Source: an uncultured Chitinophaga sp.
GTDB taxonomy: Bacteria; Bacteroidota; Bacteroidia; Chitinophagales; Chitinophagaceae
DNA: 64,000 nt
Assembly: GCA_964453625.1 (NCBI GenBank)
Contig: CAYVSH010000001.1
Location: 6,080-70,079, forward strand
Direction: 5' to 3'
In this document: piece by piece, positions 29,437 through 39,879 of the stretch
Numbering within the stretch: the first letter of the stretch is position 1
How the letters are laid out: each line of letters starts with the position of its first letter
Made by a program: the position numbers and the translations under genes
Notes under the pieces: model-generated
Seen by the model: the letters and a program-made list of their open reading frames with translations, nothing else
The model's database searches: none
What the model was told of the DNA's origin: nothing

Positions 29437-29525
29437 AAAGAAACCCATCCTGGGACCAGGACGGGTTATACCCTTAATACTAATGAAAATTATTGTTTTA
29501 CGATTTTTTGTTGTGCTGTTGCGCC
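29437..29525. repeat. 89-bp direct repeat, copy 2
   Basis: Identical to 26995..27083. Confidence 0.95.
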
Positions 29526-30758
29526 GTTACATTTTACTAGTACGAAGTACGTACCTGAGCTCAAATTATTAACGCTGAAAGATTCTGTCTGGCTGCTGTT
29601 TGCTTTTTCCATCCTGTTTACCATTATTCCGTTTGAGGAATATAATTCATAAACTACTTTTTTATTTTGCCAGTTTGCAGGAATTGTAACTCGTAGCTCA
29701 TTTTGAACCGGGTTAGGGAATGCCGTAATGGAGATTGTTTTATCTGACTTAGAGCTTAGTCTTACCATTCGGGTTTGAGAAAGCTCACTCTTCTCGTCAA
29801 TATCTACAGATCGTATCCTGTAATAAAATATACCTGACTGAACATTTCCTAAATGATCTGTGAAATTGTAGTTTGTAATGCTTGATGCAGTTCCGTAGGC
29901 AAACACTACTCCTACTTCGTTGAAGTTAATACCATCAGTACTTTTTTCAACCACAAAGTGACTAACGTTAATTTCACTTGAGGTGGTCCATTTCAATTCA
30001 GTATTTTTATTATTCAATGTGGCTGTAAAAGAAACAAGCTTTACTGGCAATATCTTCATATTGGGATATTGAAAATCACCAAAAAATGCAGAAAAGTTCC
30101 TAGCACCAGATCCAGATGTATAAATAGTACCAAAATCGATAGTTAATGATGAAACATTACTATTTCTCACAGTAAACATTACTTCCTTTTTGGTGCTGTC
30201 AATACCTGAAACATTGTTCCCTGCAATGTTTGTACTTGTGAATAAGCTGCCATTTTGAATAACAGAAATTTCAGGTGTTGTGCTTTGGTATGCAACAGTG
30301 CCTCCATTCATATTAATTCTACAATATTCTAATACGCTTAAGGTTGTTCCATCAATGTCTAACCCTGTGGTTGCAAGATTAGGGAAGGTATAAACTGATC
30401 CATCTGTGTTTTTAAACTCAATAAGAAATCTTGCATATGAATTTGGGCTTCCAGTAGTTACAGAACTAACAATAGGTTGAAAACCACCATCATATCCCAC
30501 TCCGCCGAATTGATCAATATTAGTAACCATTGCCCCATTCATTAGACTTTGAATTGTTACAAATGCATCTACACCGGTTTTAATATTTGTGAATTTATAA
30601 ACTGCACCTTGCTGCAAAGGTGTTCCACTTTGCAATGTAGCATTTGTAAAGCTTAGGTAGGGGAATGTTTGGCTATTTACAGATTTATGAAATAAGTTAA
30701 ATGACAATAGTATCAGAAGCTTAAAAATTTTTACTTTACTGTTTAGAAGTGTTTTCAT
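29490..30758 (-). CDS. T9SS type-A substrate, paralog B; start ATG 30758 or GTG 30767
   Basis: GAVYKFTNIKTGVDAFV domain homologous to the C-terminal part of paralog A; LPVKLVSF; AFPNPV...GTYFV CTD; same GATAQQKIVKQ end. Confidence 0.85.
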   Translation of the reverse strand: MKTLLNSKVKIFKLLILLSFNLFHKSVNSQTFPYLSFTNATLQSGTPLQQGAVYKFTNIKTGVDAFVTIQSLMNGAMVTNIDQFGGVGYDGGFQPIVSSVTTGSPNSYARFLIEFKNTDGSVYTFPNLATTGLDIDGTTLSVLEYCRINMNGGTVAYQSTTPEISVIQNGSLFTSTNIAGNNVSGIDSTKKEVMFTVRNSNVSSLTIDFGTIYTSGSGARNFSAFFGDFQYPNMKILPVKLVSFTATLNNKNTELKWTTSSEINVSHFVVEKSTDGINFNEVGVVFAYGTASSITNYNFTDHLGNVQSGIFYYRIRSVDIDEKSELSQTRMVRLSSKSDKTISITAFPNPVQNELRVTIPANWQNKKVVYELYSSNGIMVNRMEKANSSQTESFSVNNLSSGTYFVLVKCNGATAQQKIVKQ

Positions 30759-30840
30759 CGTTTTCACTTTAGGGTGTAGGGTATATTCGAAGGCTCATTT
30801 AAGCCGTCCTTAAGTTCACGTTGAAAACCGATTTAAGTTA

Positions 30841-31020
30841 TTGAAACAGACAGGAGGTAAATCTCCTATTGAGAGTAGTTTGTTTCAGGGGTCGGATTTC
30901 GTCGTTTTCTAAGGGATTGTTCGATTCTAACACAAACATAATACGCAGTTTTTTTACTTGCAAGTTTTTTGCGTACTATTTCTCAAATAAAACCGTATAT
31001 ACTGTAGTGTTTTTACGATT
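30841..31020. repeat. 180-bp direct repeat (promoter + 5' leader), copy 2
   Basis: Matches 29239..29418 with one mismatch. Confidence 0.95.
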
Positions 31021-31076
31021 TCTACTAGCCTTCAATCATTTGTATCTCGATATTTGCAGAATTATATTCAACAAAT

Positions 31077-31109
31077 AAAAAAGGCGAACCCGATTTAAAA
31101 GGTTCGCCT
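31077..31109 (-). terminator. Intrinsic terminator directly after atpA
   Basis: AGGCGAACC / GGTTCGCCT stem with an A-run on the left. Confidence 0.8.
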
Positions 31110-31134
31110 GATCTTATTTAGGTATAAACTTTAC

Positions 31135-32715
31135 TTATGACTTGTATTGAGGTATCAGGCTATTAGCCAATTCTACCATCTTCTTTAAACCGTCTTCAGG
31201 TAAATTCCCTTTCTTAAACTCTGCCATCACTTCAGGTAGTTTGTTATCCATTTCCATCAGGAAGTGTTCTTCAAACTCTTTCACTCTTTTTACCGGCACA
31301 TCTTTGATCAAACCATTTGTACCCAGGTAAATAATTGCTACTTGCTTTTCTACAGGGAAAGGAGAATATTGAGGTTGCTTTAATATCTCAACGTTTCTGG
31401 CACCTTTATCAATTACATTTTTGGTAGCAGCATCCAGGTCACCACCAAACTTAGAGAAGGCTTCCAGCTCACGGTAAAGGGCCTGGTCCAATTTCAATGT
31501 ACCGGCTACTTTCTTCATTGATTTGATCTGTGCATTACCACCCACACGGCTTACTGAGATACCTACGTTGATAGCCGGACGAATACCGGATAAGAACAGG
31601 TTTGTTTCCAGGAATATCTGACCATCAGTAATTGAGATTACGTTGGTTGGGATATAAGCTGATACGTCACCTGCCTGTGTTTCGATAATTGGTAAAGCAG
31701 TCAATGAACCTCCACCTTTTACCAAATGCTTAATACTATCTGGCACATCGTTCATGTTCTTTGCCACAGCATCATCATTAATAACTTTTGCAGCTCTTTC
31801 CAATAAACGGCTATGCAGATAGAATACATCTCCCGGATATGCTTCACGACCCGGAGGACGACGCAACAACAATGAAACCTCACGGTATGCCACGGCTTGT
31901 TTTGATAAATCATCATAAATGATCAAAGCGGGGCGACCGGTATCACGGAAAAACTCACCAATTGCAGCACCGGCAAATGGTGCATAGAACTGTAATGGCG
32001 CAGGATCTGATGCAGACGCCGCAACGATTGTTGTGTACTGCATTGCACCGGCATCTTGCAGTGTTTGCATTACACCGGCAATGGTAGATGCTTTCTGACC
32101 GATTGCCACATATATACAATACACAGGTTTACCTGCTTCAAAAAATTCTTTCTGGTTGATGATAGTGTCAACACAAATAGCGGTTTTACCAGTCTGACGG
32201 TCACCGATAACCAATTCCCGTTGTCCACGACCAATCGGGATCATCGCATCAATTGCTTTAATACCAGTTTGCAATGGTTCTTTAACAGGCTCACGGAAAA
32301 TAACACCCGGTGCTTTTCTTTCCAGTGGCATTTCATACAACTCACCAGTGATAGGACCTTTACCATCAATAGGGTTACCAAGTGTATTTACAACTCGGCC
32401 TACCATTCCTTCTCCTACTTTAATAGAAGCGATCTGGCCAGTACGCTTTACTTTAGCCCCTTCTTTAATATTTCCGCTTTCACCCATCAATACCACACCC
32501 ACATTATCTTCCTCAAGGTTCAATGCAATAGCTTTTACACCGTTCTCAAACTCTACCAGTTCACCGTAGCGAACATTACCCAATCCATACACACGGGCAA
32601 TACCATCACCAACCTGCAATACAGATCCTACTTCTTCCAGGTCTGCAGAAGCATTGAAGTTGCTCAACTGCTGGCGCAGTATCGCTGATATTTCATCTGG
32701 TTTAATCTCTGCCAT
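31135..32715 (-). CDS. atpA: F0F1 ATP synthase subunit alpha
   Basis: [50 protein letters not shown]. Confidence 0.99.
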   Translation of the reverse strand: MAEIKPDEISAILRQQLSNFNASADLEEVGSVLQVGDGIARVYGLGNVRYGELVEFENGVKAIALNLEEDNVGVVLMGESGNIKEGAKVKRTGQIASIKVGEGMVGRVVNTLGNPIDGKGPITGELYEMPLERKAPGVIFREPVKEPLQTGIKAIDAMIPIGRGQRELVIGDRQTGKTAICVDTIINQKEFFEAGKPVYCIYVAIGQKASTIAGVMQTLQDAGAMQYTTIVAASASDPAPLQFYAPFAGAAIGEFFRDTGRPALIIYDDLSKQAVAYREVSLLLRRPPGREAYPGDVFYLHSRLLERAAKVINDDAVAKNMNDVPDSIKHLVKGGGSLTALPIIETQAGDVSAYIPTNVISITDGQIFLETNLFLSGIRPAINVGISVSRVGGNAQIKSMKKVAGTLKLDQALYRELEAFSKFGGDLDAATKNVIDKGARNVEILKQPQYSPFPVEKQVAIIYLGTNGLIKDVPVKRVKEFEEHFLMEMDNKLPEVMAEFKKGNLPEDGLKKMVELANSLIPQYKS

Positions 32716-32744
32716 ATTATTTTATTTTCTGTTTTTTATTTTTT

Positions 32745-32806
32745 GTTACCCGGCACCTGTGCTACTATGATCTTTCGTTGCGTCGCACTCTTCATCGTCC
32801 GGTAAT
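32745..32806. repeat. ~60-bp GC-richer intergenic element with short inverted ends (REP/MITE-like candidate)
   Basis: TTACCCGG ... CCGGTAA ends around GTTGCGTCGCACTC; lies between atpH and atpA in otherwise T-rich DNA; single copy in the window. Confidence 0.4.
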
Positions 32807-32818
32807 TCTATTCAACTT

Positions 32819-33382
32819 TTATCTTACCTTATAAACAAAGTCATTGTTCTCAAACTGCTTTGCTATTGCTTTCAGATCGTAGGCAATACTTGCATCAATC
32901 AGCTTATCTCCAATCTGCAAAACAAAACCACCAATCAGGTCTTCATTCACTTTTTCTTCTAATTCTATCTTCTCAAATCCTGCTGATTTTTTTACCTGGT
33001 TTACAATGGCAATCTTTGTTGCATCCGTCAAAGGTGCAGCAGTTGTTAATTTAATAGTATGAATATTTTTTTCTGCTTTGTACGCATCAATAAAAGCACC
33101 ACTTATTTCAGGTAAATTACTCTCCCTGCCCTTTGTAGTCAATAATCTCATAAAAGCAATCGTCATTTCATTCAGTTTACCGGCAGTAACTGCATCAATG
33201 ATCTTTTTCTTTACATCTGCAGTAATAATAGGGCTACGAAGCAGGTTCACAAAGTCACGGTTGCTTTTGCATACCGCCTGTATCCATTGCATATCAGCAT
33301 ATACCTGTTCCAGCTGTCCTTTTTCTACAGCCAGGCCAAGTAAGGCTTTTGCGTATCTTGTTGCTAAACGTGGGTTTGGCAT
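32819..33382 (-). CDS. atpH: ATP synthase F1 subunit delta
   Basis: RYAKAL ... LIGGFVLQIGDKLIDAS. Confidence 0.97.
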   Translation of the reverse strand: MPNPRLATRYAKALLGLAVEKGQLEQVYADMQWIQAVCKSNRDFVNLLRSPIITADVKKKIIDAVTAGKLNEMTIAFMRLLTTKGRESNLPEISGAFIDAYKAEKNIHTIKLTTAAPLTDATKIAIVNQVKKSAGFEKIELEEKVNEDLIGGFVLQIGDKLIDASIAYDLKAIAKQFENNDFVYKVR

Positions 33383-33395
33383 TTCAATTCTTTAA

Positions 33396-33890
33396 TTAGT
33401 TCAATTTTACTCCGTCAACCAGCCCTTTAATATGAGCTTCCTGTGCTTCTTTGTTTCCTAATTCTTTTCTCAGCACTTTTTCACTTACTTCTATCACCAA
33501 CTTACCTACCTGGTTCTTCACATCAATCATTGCTCTCATCTTTTGAGTTTCAATAGCTGCCTGTGCTTCTAAGATGATCTTATTAGCCTCCGTCTTGGCA
33601 AGCTCTTTCGCATCGTTGATCATTTTCTCTTTGGTCTCTCTTGCTTCTTTCAGCATAATGGCTCTTTCTTCACGGGCAGAGGCCAGCAATGCTTCGTTCT
33701 CACTTTTCATCTGCGCCATTTCCTCTTTTACTTTCTGTGCAGTGGCTAGCGATTCAGAGATTGAATTTTCCCTGTCACGAAGACCTTTTATAATTGCCGG
33801 CCAAGCCATTTTCTTTAAAATAAAGAATACTACTAGGAAGGCCACTAAGGTCCATATAAGCAAACCAAATTCGGGAGTAAGAAGTTTCAT
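33396..33890 (-). CDS. atpF: ATP synthase F0 subunit b
   Basis: N-terminal TM ending in AWP.I...L..RE, then coiled coil; operon position. Confidence 0.97.
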   Translation of the reverse strand: MKLLTPEFGLLIWTLVAFLVVFFILKKMAWPAIIKGLRDRENSISESLATAQKVKEEMAQMKSENEALLASAREERAIMLKEARETKEKMINDAKELAKTEANKIILEAQAAIETQKMRAMIDVKNQVGKLVIEVSEKVLRKELGNKEAQEAHIKGLVDGVKLN

Positions 33891-33973
33891 TGTTTATATC
33901 AATTTCTTGTTTCAGATTAAATACTGCACCCTCCGCCCTGTGCTTTGGATGCAGTAATTTTTTGTGGCAATGA

Positions 33974-34237
<264 letters not shown>

Positions 34238-34265
34238 TTAAAAAAACAATACAACCTTAAATCGT

Positions 34266-35408
34266 TTATGCATGTGCATGAGCTTCGTCGTGATGTTCTC
34301 CTTCTAATGCCTGCCCTATAAACACAGCTGTAAGCATGGTGAAGATGAATGCCTGTAAAAAAGCAACCAACACTTCAATAAAGTAAATGAAGATGGTAAA
34401 CCCAACTGACAATGGTGATGCAGCCCAACCTGCAACAGAACTAAGTTTTCCAAAAATGAAAATCAACGATATTAAACAAATAATAATAATGTGACCCGCC
34501 ACCATATTGGCAAACAAACGAATAATTAATGCAAACGGCTTAATGAATACACTCAGAAATTCCACCGGTACCAGAATGAACTTTACACCTAAGGGTACTC
34601 CCGGCGGATTGAAAATATGACCCCAATAATGCTTGTTTGTACTAAAAAGTATAACTATAAATGAAATTACACCTAGTACCAGGGTAAAAGCTATGTTTCC
34701 GGTTACGTTTGCAGAACCCGGTATCAATCCGAAAATATTATTAATAAGAATAAAGAAGAACATCGTTAACAGAAATGGCAGGTACTTCTCATACTTATGA
34801 CCAAGATTTGGCTTTGCCACTTCATCTCTAACGAAAGTTATGACCGGCTCCAATAAACTTTGTGAACCCTTTGGAGCAGTAGTAACACCTACCCCGCTTT
34901 TATATCTTTTAGCGATACGAAGCATGATCCATACGAAGATGATCAATGCCAGAAGCATTTGTACTACATTACGGGTAAGCGATATGTCGTAAATTTTTAC
35001 AGTTGCATCTAGTTTACCCTCGGCAGTTACGGCTACAATATCTCCTTCAGCAAACTTTTTCGGATCAAGACCCATTTCATGAATAGAGTGCTCAGTGAGC
35101 ATTCTGTACCCCTGATAATCATGGTGTCCATGTTCAAATTTTGATGACATGAAACTGGTAAATCCTTTCTGCGGAGAATATAATATTATAGGTAGGGGAA
35201 TTCCGACAGGCTTGCCATTGATATCCATAAAGTGAAACTCATGGCCGTTTAAAACGTGGCCGAAAATCACTTTGGCAGCATCAAACCCTTCTTTTTTTTC
35301 GCCATCCTTTTCACCTTCACCCCCACCAGCAAACGCCGACATAGAATTGAACAAGAAAAATAAGCTGAAAACCGCTACAGTAAAGGATTTGAAACGTTGT
35401 ACTACCAT
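34266..35408 (-). CDS. atpB: ATP synthase F0 subunit a with Bacteroidota-type N-terminal extension
   Basis: IRLFANMVAGH, FLQAFIFTML; signal-peptide-like and soluble N-terminal extension. Confidence 0.97.
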   Translation of the reverse strand: MVVQRFKSFTVAVFSLFFLFNSMSAFAGGGEGEKDGEKKEGFDAAKVIFGHVLNGHEFHFMDINGKPVGIPLPIILYSPQKGFTSFMSSKFEHGHHDYQGYRMLTEHSIHEMGLDPKKFAEGDIVAVTAEGKLDATVKIYDISLTRNVVQMLLALIIFVWIMLRIAKRYKSGVGVTTAPKGSQSLLEPVITFVRDEVAKPNLGHKYEKYLPFLLTMFFFILINNIFGLIPGSANVTGNIAFTLVLGVISFIVILFSTNKHYWGHIFNPPGVPLGVKFILVPVEFLSVFIKPFALIIRLFANMVAGHIIIICLISLIFIFGKLSSVAGWAASPLSVGFTIFIYFIEVLVAFLQAFIFTMLTAVFIGQALEGEHHDEAHAHA

Positions 35409-35428
35409 ACCTATCCCGAAATTTGGCG

Positions 35429-35436
35429 CAAAGATA
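35429..35436 (-). promoter_or_regulatory. -7 box (TATCTTTG) of the atp operon promoter
   Basis: TAnnTTTG match about 20 nt upstream of the atpB ATG; no clear -33 box. Confidence 0.5.
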
Positions 35437-35573
35437 AGGATGCAAGAGTGAAATCGAACCCCGAATGAAAGGAATTTATTGAATTACTCTTCAAAATGAA
35501 TGTATATGAAATCAGGCTTCATTAGCTGATCACATATTAATGGAAATCAGTGTCATATAATTAGCCGGGCTGG

Positions 35574-37325
35574 TTAAAGTTTATTTCCCTTTTCAAATTG
35601 CAGATCATGCAAACGACTGTAAAAGCCGCCTTTTTGCAACAACTCATCATGAGTACCCATTTCTTTGATCTCACCCTTATCCAGTACAATTATTTTGCTG
35701 GCTTTGCGAATGGTGGAAAGCCGGTGAGCAATAACGATGGATGTCCTGCCTTCTATTAATGTATCTATAGCATGCTGTATCAGCCGTTCACTTTCTGTAT
35801 CTACCGATGAAGTGGCTTCATCCAGTATGAGTATAGATGGTTTGTATAACATTGCCCTGATAAAAGATAGCAACTGCCGCTGACCCAATGAAAGTGTAGC
35901 ACCCCTTTCCATTACATTATAATCATATCCTCCCGGCAGCCGCATTATGAAATCATGCATGCCGATCATTTTTGCTGCTTCTATTACTTTTTCTTTTGAA
36001 ATATCCGGGTTTCTCAATGTAATATTATCTATTACTGAACCGGAGAAAAGAAAAACATCCTGCAGCACCACTCCTACATTTTTACGCAATGCATCTAGTT
36101 TATAGTCTTCTATATTAACATCATCAATCTTAATTGAACCCTTTTGAATATGATAAAGCCTGTTTAATAAACTTACAATCGTACTCTTGCCACTACCTGT
36201 ATGGCCAACAATTGCTATAGTTTCTCCCGGGTTTGCTGAAAAGGAAATATCCTTAAGCACATAATTATTCTCTATGTAAGCAAAACTTACTTTGTCAAAC
36301 TCAATCTTGCCTTTTACAGCATTGGGGGTATACGTTCCGTTATCGTCTGCCACATCTTTTATATCCATTACTTTAAAAACCCTTTCGCTGGCAATGATAC
36401 CCATCTGCAATACATTGAATTTATCTGCCAATACCCGTAGCGGACGGAAAAGCAAGTTGAGGCAAAGAATAAAGGAGATGATGGTACCAGCTTCTGTACG
36501 TTGGCCTGCCCCATACCAAACAATAAGACCAATAGAAATTGCAAGAATGATTTCCACCACCGGGAAGAATACAGAGTAAGCGAAGATGGCTTTAATATTT
36601 GCATTACGATGTTCCTTATTGATCTTTTTAAACTTCTCAAACTCCCTATCTTCTGCAGCAAATGCCTGTACTACGAACATACCAGTAAGATGCTCCTGAA
36701 CAAATGCATTTAAATTAGCTACAGCATTCCTTACTTTTAAAAATGATTTATTGATGCTTTCTTTGAAATAATAGGTAGCAATAATGATAACAGGAAATGG
36801 TATCAAAGCCATTAATGTAAGTTGCCAGTCTGTCCAAAACATAAAACCAAGTACACAAAATATAGAAAGCAGGTCTGCAATAATAGGAACGAGGCCATCA
36901 GAGAAAATATCATTGATGGATTCTATATCATTAATGGTCCTTGTAGTTAATGTGCCGATGGGTGTCCGGTCAAATTGTGTAAGGTTCAGGTTCAATATCT
37001 TTTTATAAGCATTCACCCTAAGGTCTCGAACAACAGATTGCCCCAATAAAGCAGTGGTGAATGTGAAAAGAAATCGCAAAGCAGTTTCTACCAGTATCAG
37101 GCCAATCTGTATCAGAGTGATTCGAACCACCATATCTGCCATATTATTGGTGATGTATTTATTAACTGTAAGCTGAATCAGTAATGGCCTGACTGGTGTA
37201 AAAACAGCTAATAAAATTGCCAGTACCACCGACAGGTAGAATTTATTTTTATACGGTGCCGCATACTGAAACACCCTTCTTAATAAACCGAAGTCGAAAA
37301 AAGTTTTACTGGTTGCTGAAGACAA
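35574..37325 (-). CDS. ABC exporter, fused TMD-NBD (MsbA/Sav1866-like)
   Basis: GHTGSGKST, LSLGQRQLL, ILDEATSSVD; six-TM N-terminal half. Confidence 0.95.
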   Translation of the reverse strand: MSSATSKTFFDFGLLRRVFQYAAPYKNKFYLSVVLAILLAVFTPVRPLLIQLTVNKYITNNMADMVVRITLIQIGLILVETALRFLFTFTTALLGQSVVRDLRVNAYKKILNLNLTQFDRTPIGTLTTRTINDIESINDIFSDGLVPIIADLLSIFCVLGFMFWTDWQLTLMALIPFPVIIIATYYFKESINKSFLKVRNAVANLNAFVQEHLTGMFVVQAFAAEDREFEKFKKINKEHRNANIKAIFAYSVFFPVVEIILAISIGLIVWYGAGQRTEAGTIISFILCLNLLFRPLRVLADKFNVLQMGIIASERVFKVMDIKDVADDNGTYTPNAVKGKIEFDKVSFAYIENNYVLKDISFSANPGETIAIVGHTGSGKSTIVSLLNRLYHIQKGSIKIDDVNIEDYKLDALRKNVGVVLQDVFLFSGSVIDNITLRNPDISKEKVIEAAKMIGMHDFIMRLPGGYDYNVMERGATLSLGQRQLLSFIRAMLYKPSILILDEATSSVDTESERLIQHAIDTLIEGRTSIVIAHRLSTIRKASKIIVLDKGEIKEMGTHDELLQKGGFYSRLHDLQFEKGNKL

Positions 37326-37387
37326 GTTGTGTAGTTAAATAATTGTACGAATGAAAGACATCAGCAAATGTAGAAATAAGGAAGCGA

Positions 37388-39655
37388 TTAAAATGCCCGT
37401 TTATCATCTTCATCTTCCATAGCAATTTTATACGCCTTGATGAATAAAGCACCCAGGTTTTTATAAGGGGGAATGTAATCTTCAAATTCTTTTGCAACGA
37501 TCATTTTATCTAACTCCTTCCAGAAAGGTATCCAATCAATGTTATTGCCGTTCCTTACTTTATCTGTCAATAACTGAAAGAAAGGACGGTTCACTTCTGT
37601 AGCACCGATCTGTTTGGATGCAATGATGTGTGCATCTTCTGCCTTTGCCAGTACATCATGCACAAGGTGATAACCACCGCAGGAACCCAGGAATACGATC
37701 TTGGATGTTGGGAACATCTGGCTAATTGTGGCATCTGCATAATAACTATGACCACGATGTATTGTTACTGTAGGATAGAACTTATTCTTCTCCATGTATT
37801 CCTGCAATGCCTTCTGAGCTTTTTCGTCTTCGCCTCCTTCTTCGGGCAAAGCTCTGTTGGCAAAAATGGTAACCGGTTTTCCTTTTGCAGAAGAAATCTT
37901 TACCCACTGGCTATTACTTCCATCTATTTTCCAGTTGCTGTTGCTGAACATTCCCACGAAGCCCCGGAATATTCCCTGCCCGTCCTTATCACCATAGAAA
38001 AATACCTGCATGATGACATTGCCGCTATCATTCACCAACGATTTATACGGCACTTCATACACCGGCGGAATTCCTAACTCCTTAGTAAGATCAATATTGT
38101 TAACTGAATCAGCTGAAAGGAATAGTTTGTTCAGGATATTGTAAATGGCCATTCCGCTTTTATTTCCTGCTTTCTTATTGCGTTCATAATTCAGTTGTAC
38201 ATTCTTCAGCATTTCATTGGCCAACGGCTTTATAGTTTCTACGATGCTTGCATAAGAATCTGCCACATCTACTCCATCTTCCAGGCCATTACCCTGTTCC
38301 AGTTTTCCTACAAAGGCCTTCATCAGTTTCTCTGCATCACTTTCTTCATCCGGGTTCTTCTTTGCAGGGAAAGAACTTAAGAAAGTGCTGAGTGTATTAA
38401 AGCCTGCTGACATTTTGATGAACTTCCTGTATTTATCAAAGTGAAGGCTCATTAATAAAGAATCGCCACGGTTATTTGCTTTCTTCATCATCAAAGGAAA
38501 AACCCCTTTTACAAAACTGGAAGTATAAATAGACCCATCTGATGATACAGCTAGATAATATAATTCCTCAGCCGTTAATGGTTGAATACTTCTGAACCTT
38601 ACTTCCGCACTTTCATTATGCAGCCCATTGATGATGTTGACAAAACCTTCTTTAGCTTTCTTCACCAACCTTTCCTGTAATGCTTTAAATTCAAAAGCTG
38701 TGTCTTTGTTGATTGCTCTTTGCACATAATCCATCTGCGTTTTTACCAGCAGGCGGTAATACTGCAATGAATCATCTTTCACTTTATCAATATCAGCAAT
38801 GGTCATTTTACCATTTACAATATTATCCAGGAAGGGGAAGTATTGCTGTCCGCTTTTGCTGCGGGCCATGCTTACTACTGTTTTAATGAACATGTCATCG
38901 GTGATATTCCTGATAAGGTAGCCAAGATGGTTATTCGCCTGTGAAAAATCATACAACTGTCTTGCATATTTTCTTTTATCCATTGCTCTGATAAGGCTGT
39001 CGGCAAAAGGCATTTTAGGATTATCCAGTAATGTAGCCAGCATTTTATGCGGGTGCTGAATACAATACTTCAGTACCAGTTGATTCTTAGAGAGTGTAAA
39101 ACCTGGATTTTTATCAAATATGTTAGCCCCCAATACAGCATTACCTTCTTCATAAGAAAGTTTACTGATGATACTTTCGATTGATTGACCATTCCTGTCT
39201 TTCTTCATACACTCTTCATATGAAGCAATGATCTTTGGCAGACTTGCAGGACTGACCCGTTTATCTGAGTTCTGTTTCCAGGTTATTTTAAAGTACTTTA
39301 GCACATTTTCAAGCCCGTAGAGATAATTCACTTTCAAGCGGTGGTCAAAGATGGTATCGCTTTCTACGAGGTATTGCAGATTGTCCACTTTCTTTACCAA
39401 TGCCTGGGTAACGAGGAAATTTATGTGGTCATCACCAGAGGGAGTGAACATTTTATCTGTCTTGCCATCTGAAGCTAGAATGGCTTTCTGTTCTGCATCA
39501 ATCTTATCATGATTGATCTGCCGCTTGAATTCAGGCTTATAACCTGTAGGGATCTTTAAAGTATCTGCTGTGCTAACACCCTGGGCGGTTGCCATTGTGG
39601 TTACGGATAACACAAAACTCAGGATAAGGCTATATTTCACACTCATTCTATACAT
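37388..39655 (-). CDS. Exported 755-aa hypothetical protein with a possible C-terminal clan-CD cysteine peptidase domain
   Basis: Signal peptide (start ATG 39646 or 39655; TAACTTTG box at 39664-39671); long helical region; VTIHRGHSY ... IVFLGSCGG. Confidence 0.75.
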   Translation of the reverse strand: MYRMSVKYSLILSFVLSVTTMATAQGVSTADTLKIPTGYKPEFKRQINHDKIDAEQKAILASDGKTDKMFTPSGDDHINFLVTQALVKKVDNLQYLVESDTIFDHRLKVNYLYGLENVLKYFKITWKQNSDKRVSPASLPKIIASYEECMKKDRNGQSIESIISKLSYEEGNAVLGANIFDKNPGFTLSKNQLVLKYCIQHPHKMLATLLDNPKMPFADSLIRAMDKRKYARQLYDFSQANNHLGYLIRNITDDMFIKTVVSMARSKSGQQYFPFLDNIVNGKMTIADIDKVKDDSLQYYRLLVKTQMDYVQRAINKDTAFEFKALQERLVKKAKEGFVNIINGLHNESAEVRFRSIQPLTAEELYYLAVSSDGSIYTSSFVKGVFPLMMKKANNRGDSLLMSLHFDKYRKFIKMSAGFNTLSTFLSSFPAKKNPDEESDAEKLMKAFVGKLEQGNGLEDGVDVADSYASIVETIKPLANEMLKNVQLNYERNKKAGNKSGMAIYNILNKLFLSADSVNNIDLTKELGIPPVYEVPYKSLVNDSGNVIMQVFFYGDKDGQGIFRGFVGMFSNSNWKIDGSNSQWVKISSAKGKPVTIFANRALPEEGGEDEKAQKALQEYMEKNKFYPTVTIHRGHSYYADATISQMFPTSKIVFLGSCGGYHLVHDVLAKAEDAHIIASKQIGATEVNRPFFQLLTDKVRNGNNIDWIPFWKELDKMIVAKEFEDYIPPYKNLGALFIKAYKIAMEDEDDKRAF

Positions 39656-39855
39656 TCAGATGTCAAAGTTACAAAGGCATAATTAAACGGACTTCCGGGT
39701 AGTTTAACATTGATATTGACGGCTTTATACTTCATATAGCTGCCTTGCTGTTATAATTTATTATTGCACAGACCATGCCTTCTTCTCCATATTATCTAAT
39801 TATTAAGTATAGGTAAACAGGTGCGGCAGGATTTCATTGCCCAATAATTTCCCTT

Positions 39856-39863
39856 TAGGTTTG
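39856..39863 (+). promoter_or_regulatory. -7 box (TAGGTTTG) upstream of the response regulator
   Basis: TAnnTTTG match 16 nt before the ATG, with TTG at 39837. Confidence 0.55.
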
Positions 39864-39879
39864 CAAAAATTAAACCTGC

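Noticed and set aside
26995-29525. 89-bp 3'-end repeat plus hairpin as a DGR VR/TR pair
   Set aside because: The copies are identical (no adenine-specific mismatches), both are coding, and there is no reverse transcriptase in the window.
26995-31020. Integron or shufflon interpretation of the duplicated units
   Set aside because: The repeats are direct and long, with no attC-like structure, no inverted crossover sites and no recombinase nearby.
29267-31078. Plus-strand ORFs 29267..29572 and 30869..31078 with identical N-termini (MRVVCFRGR...)
   Set aside because: The identity comes from the 180-bp DNA repeat; they are antisense to the leaders and diverge at the repeat boundary.
32056-33957. 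Long antisense ORFs over atpA, atpH and atpF (e.g. 32056..32688+)
   Set aside because: Typical antisense shadows of highly expressed, codon-biased genes, with no protein-like features.
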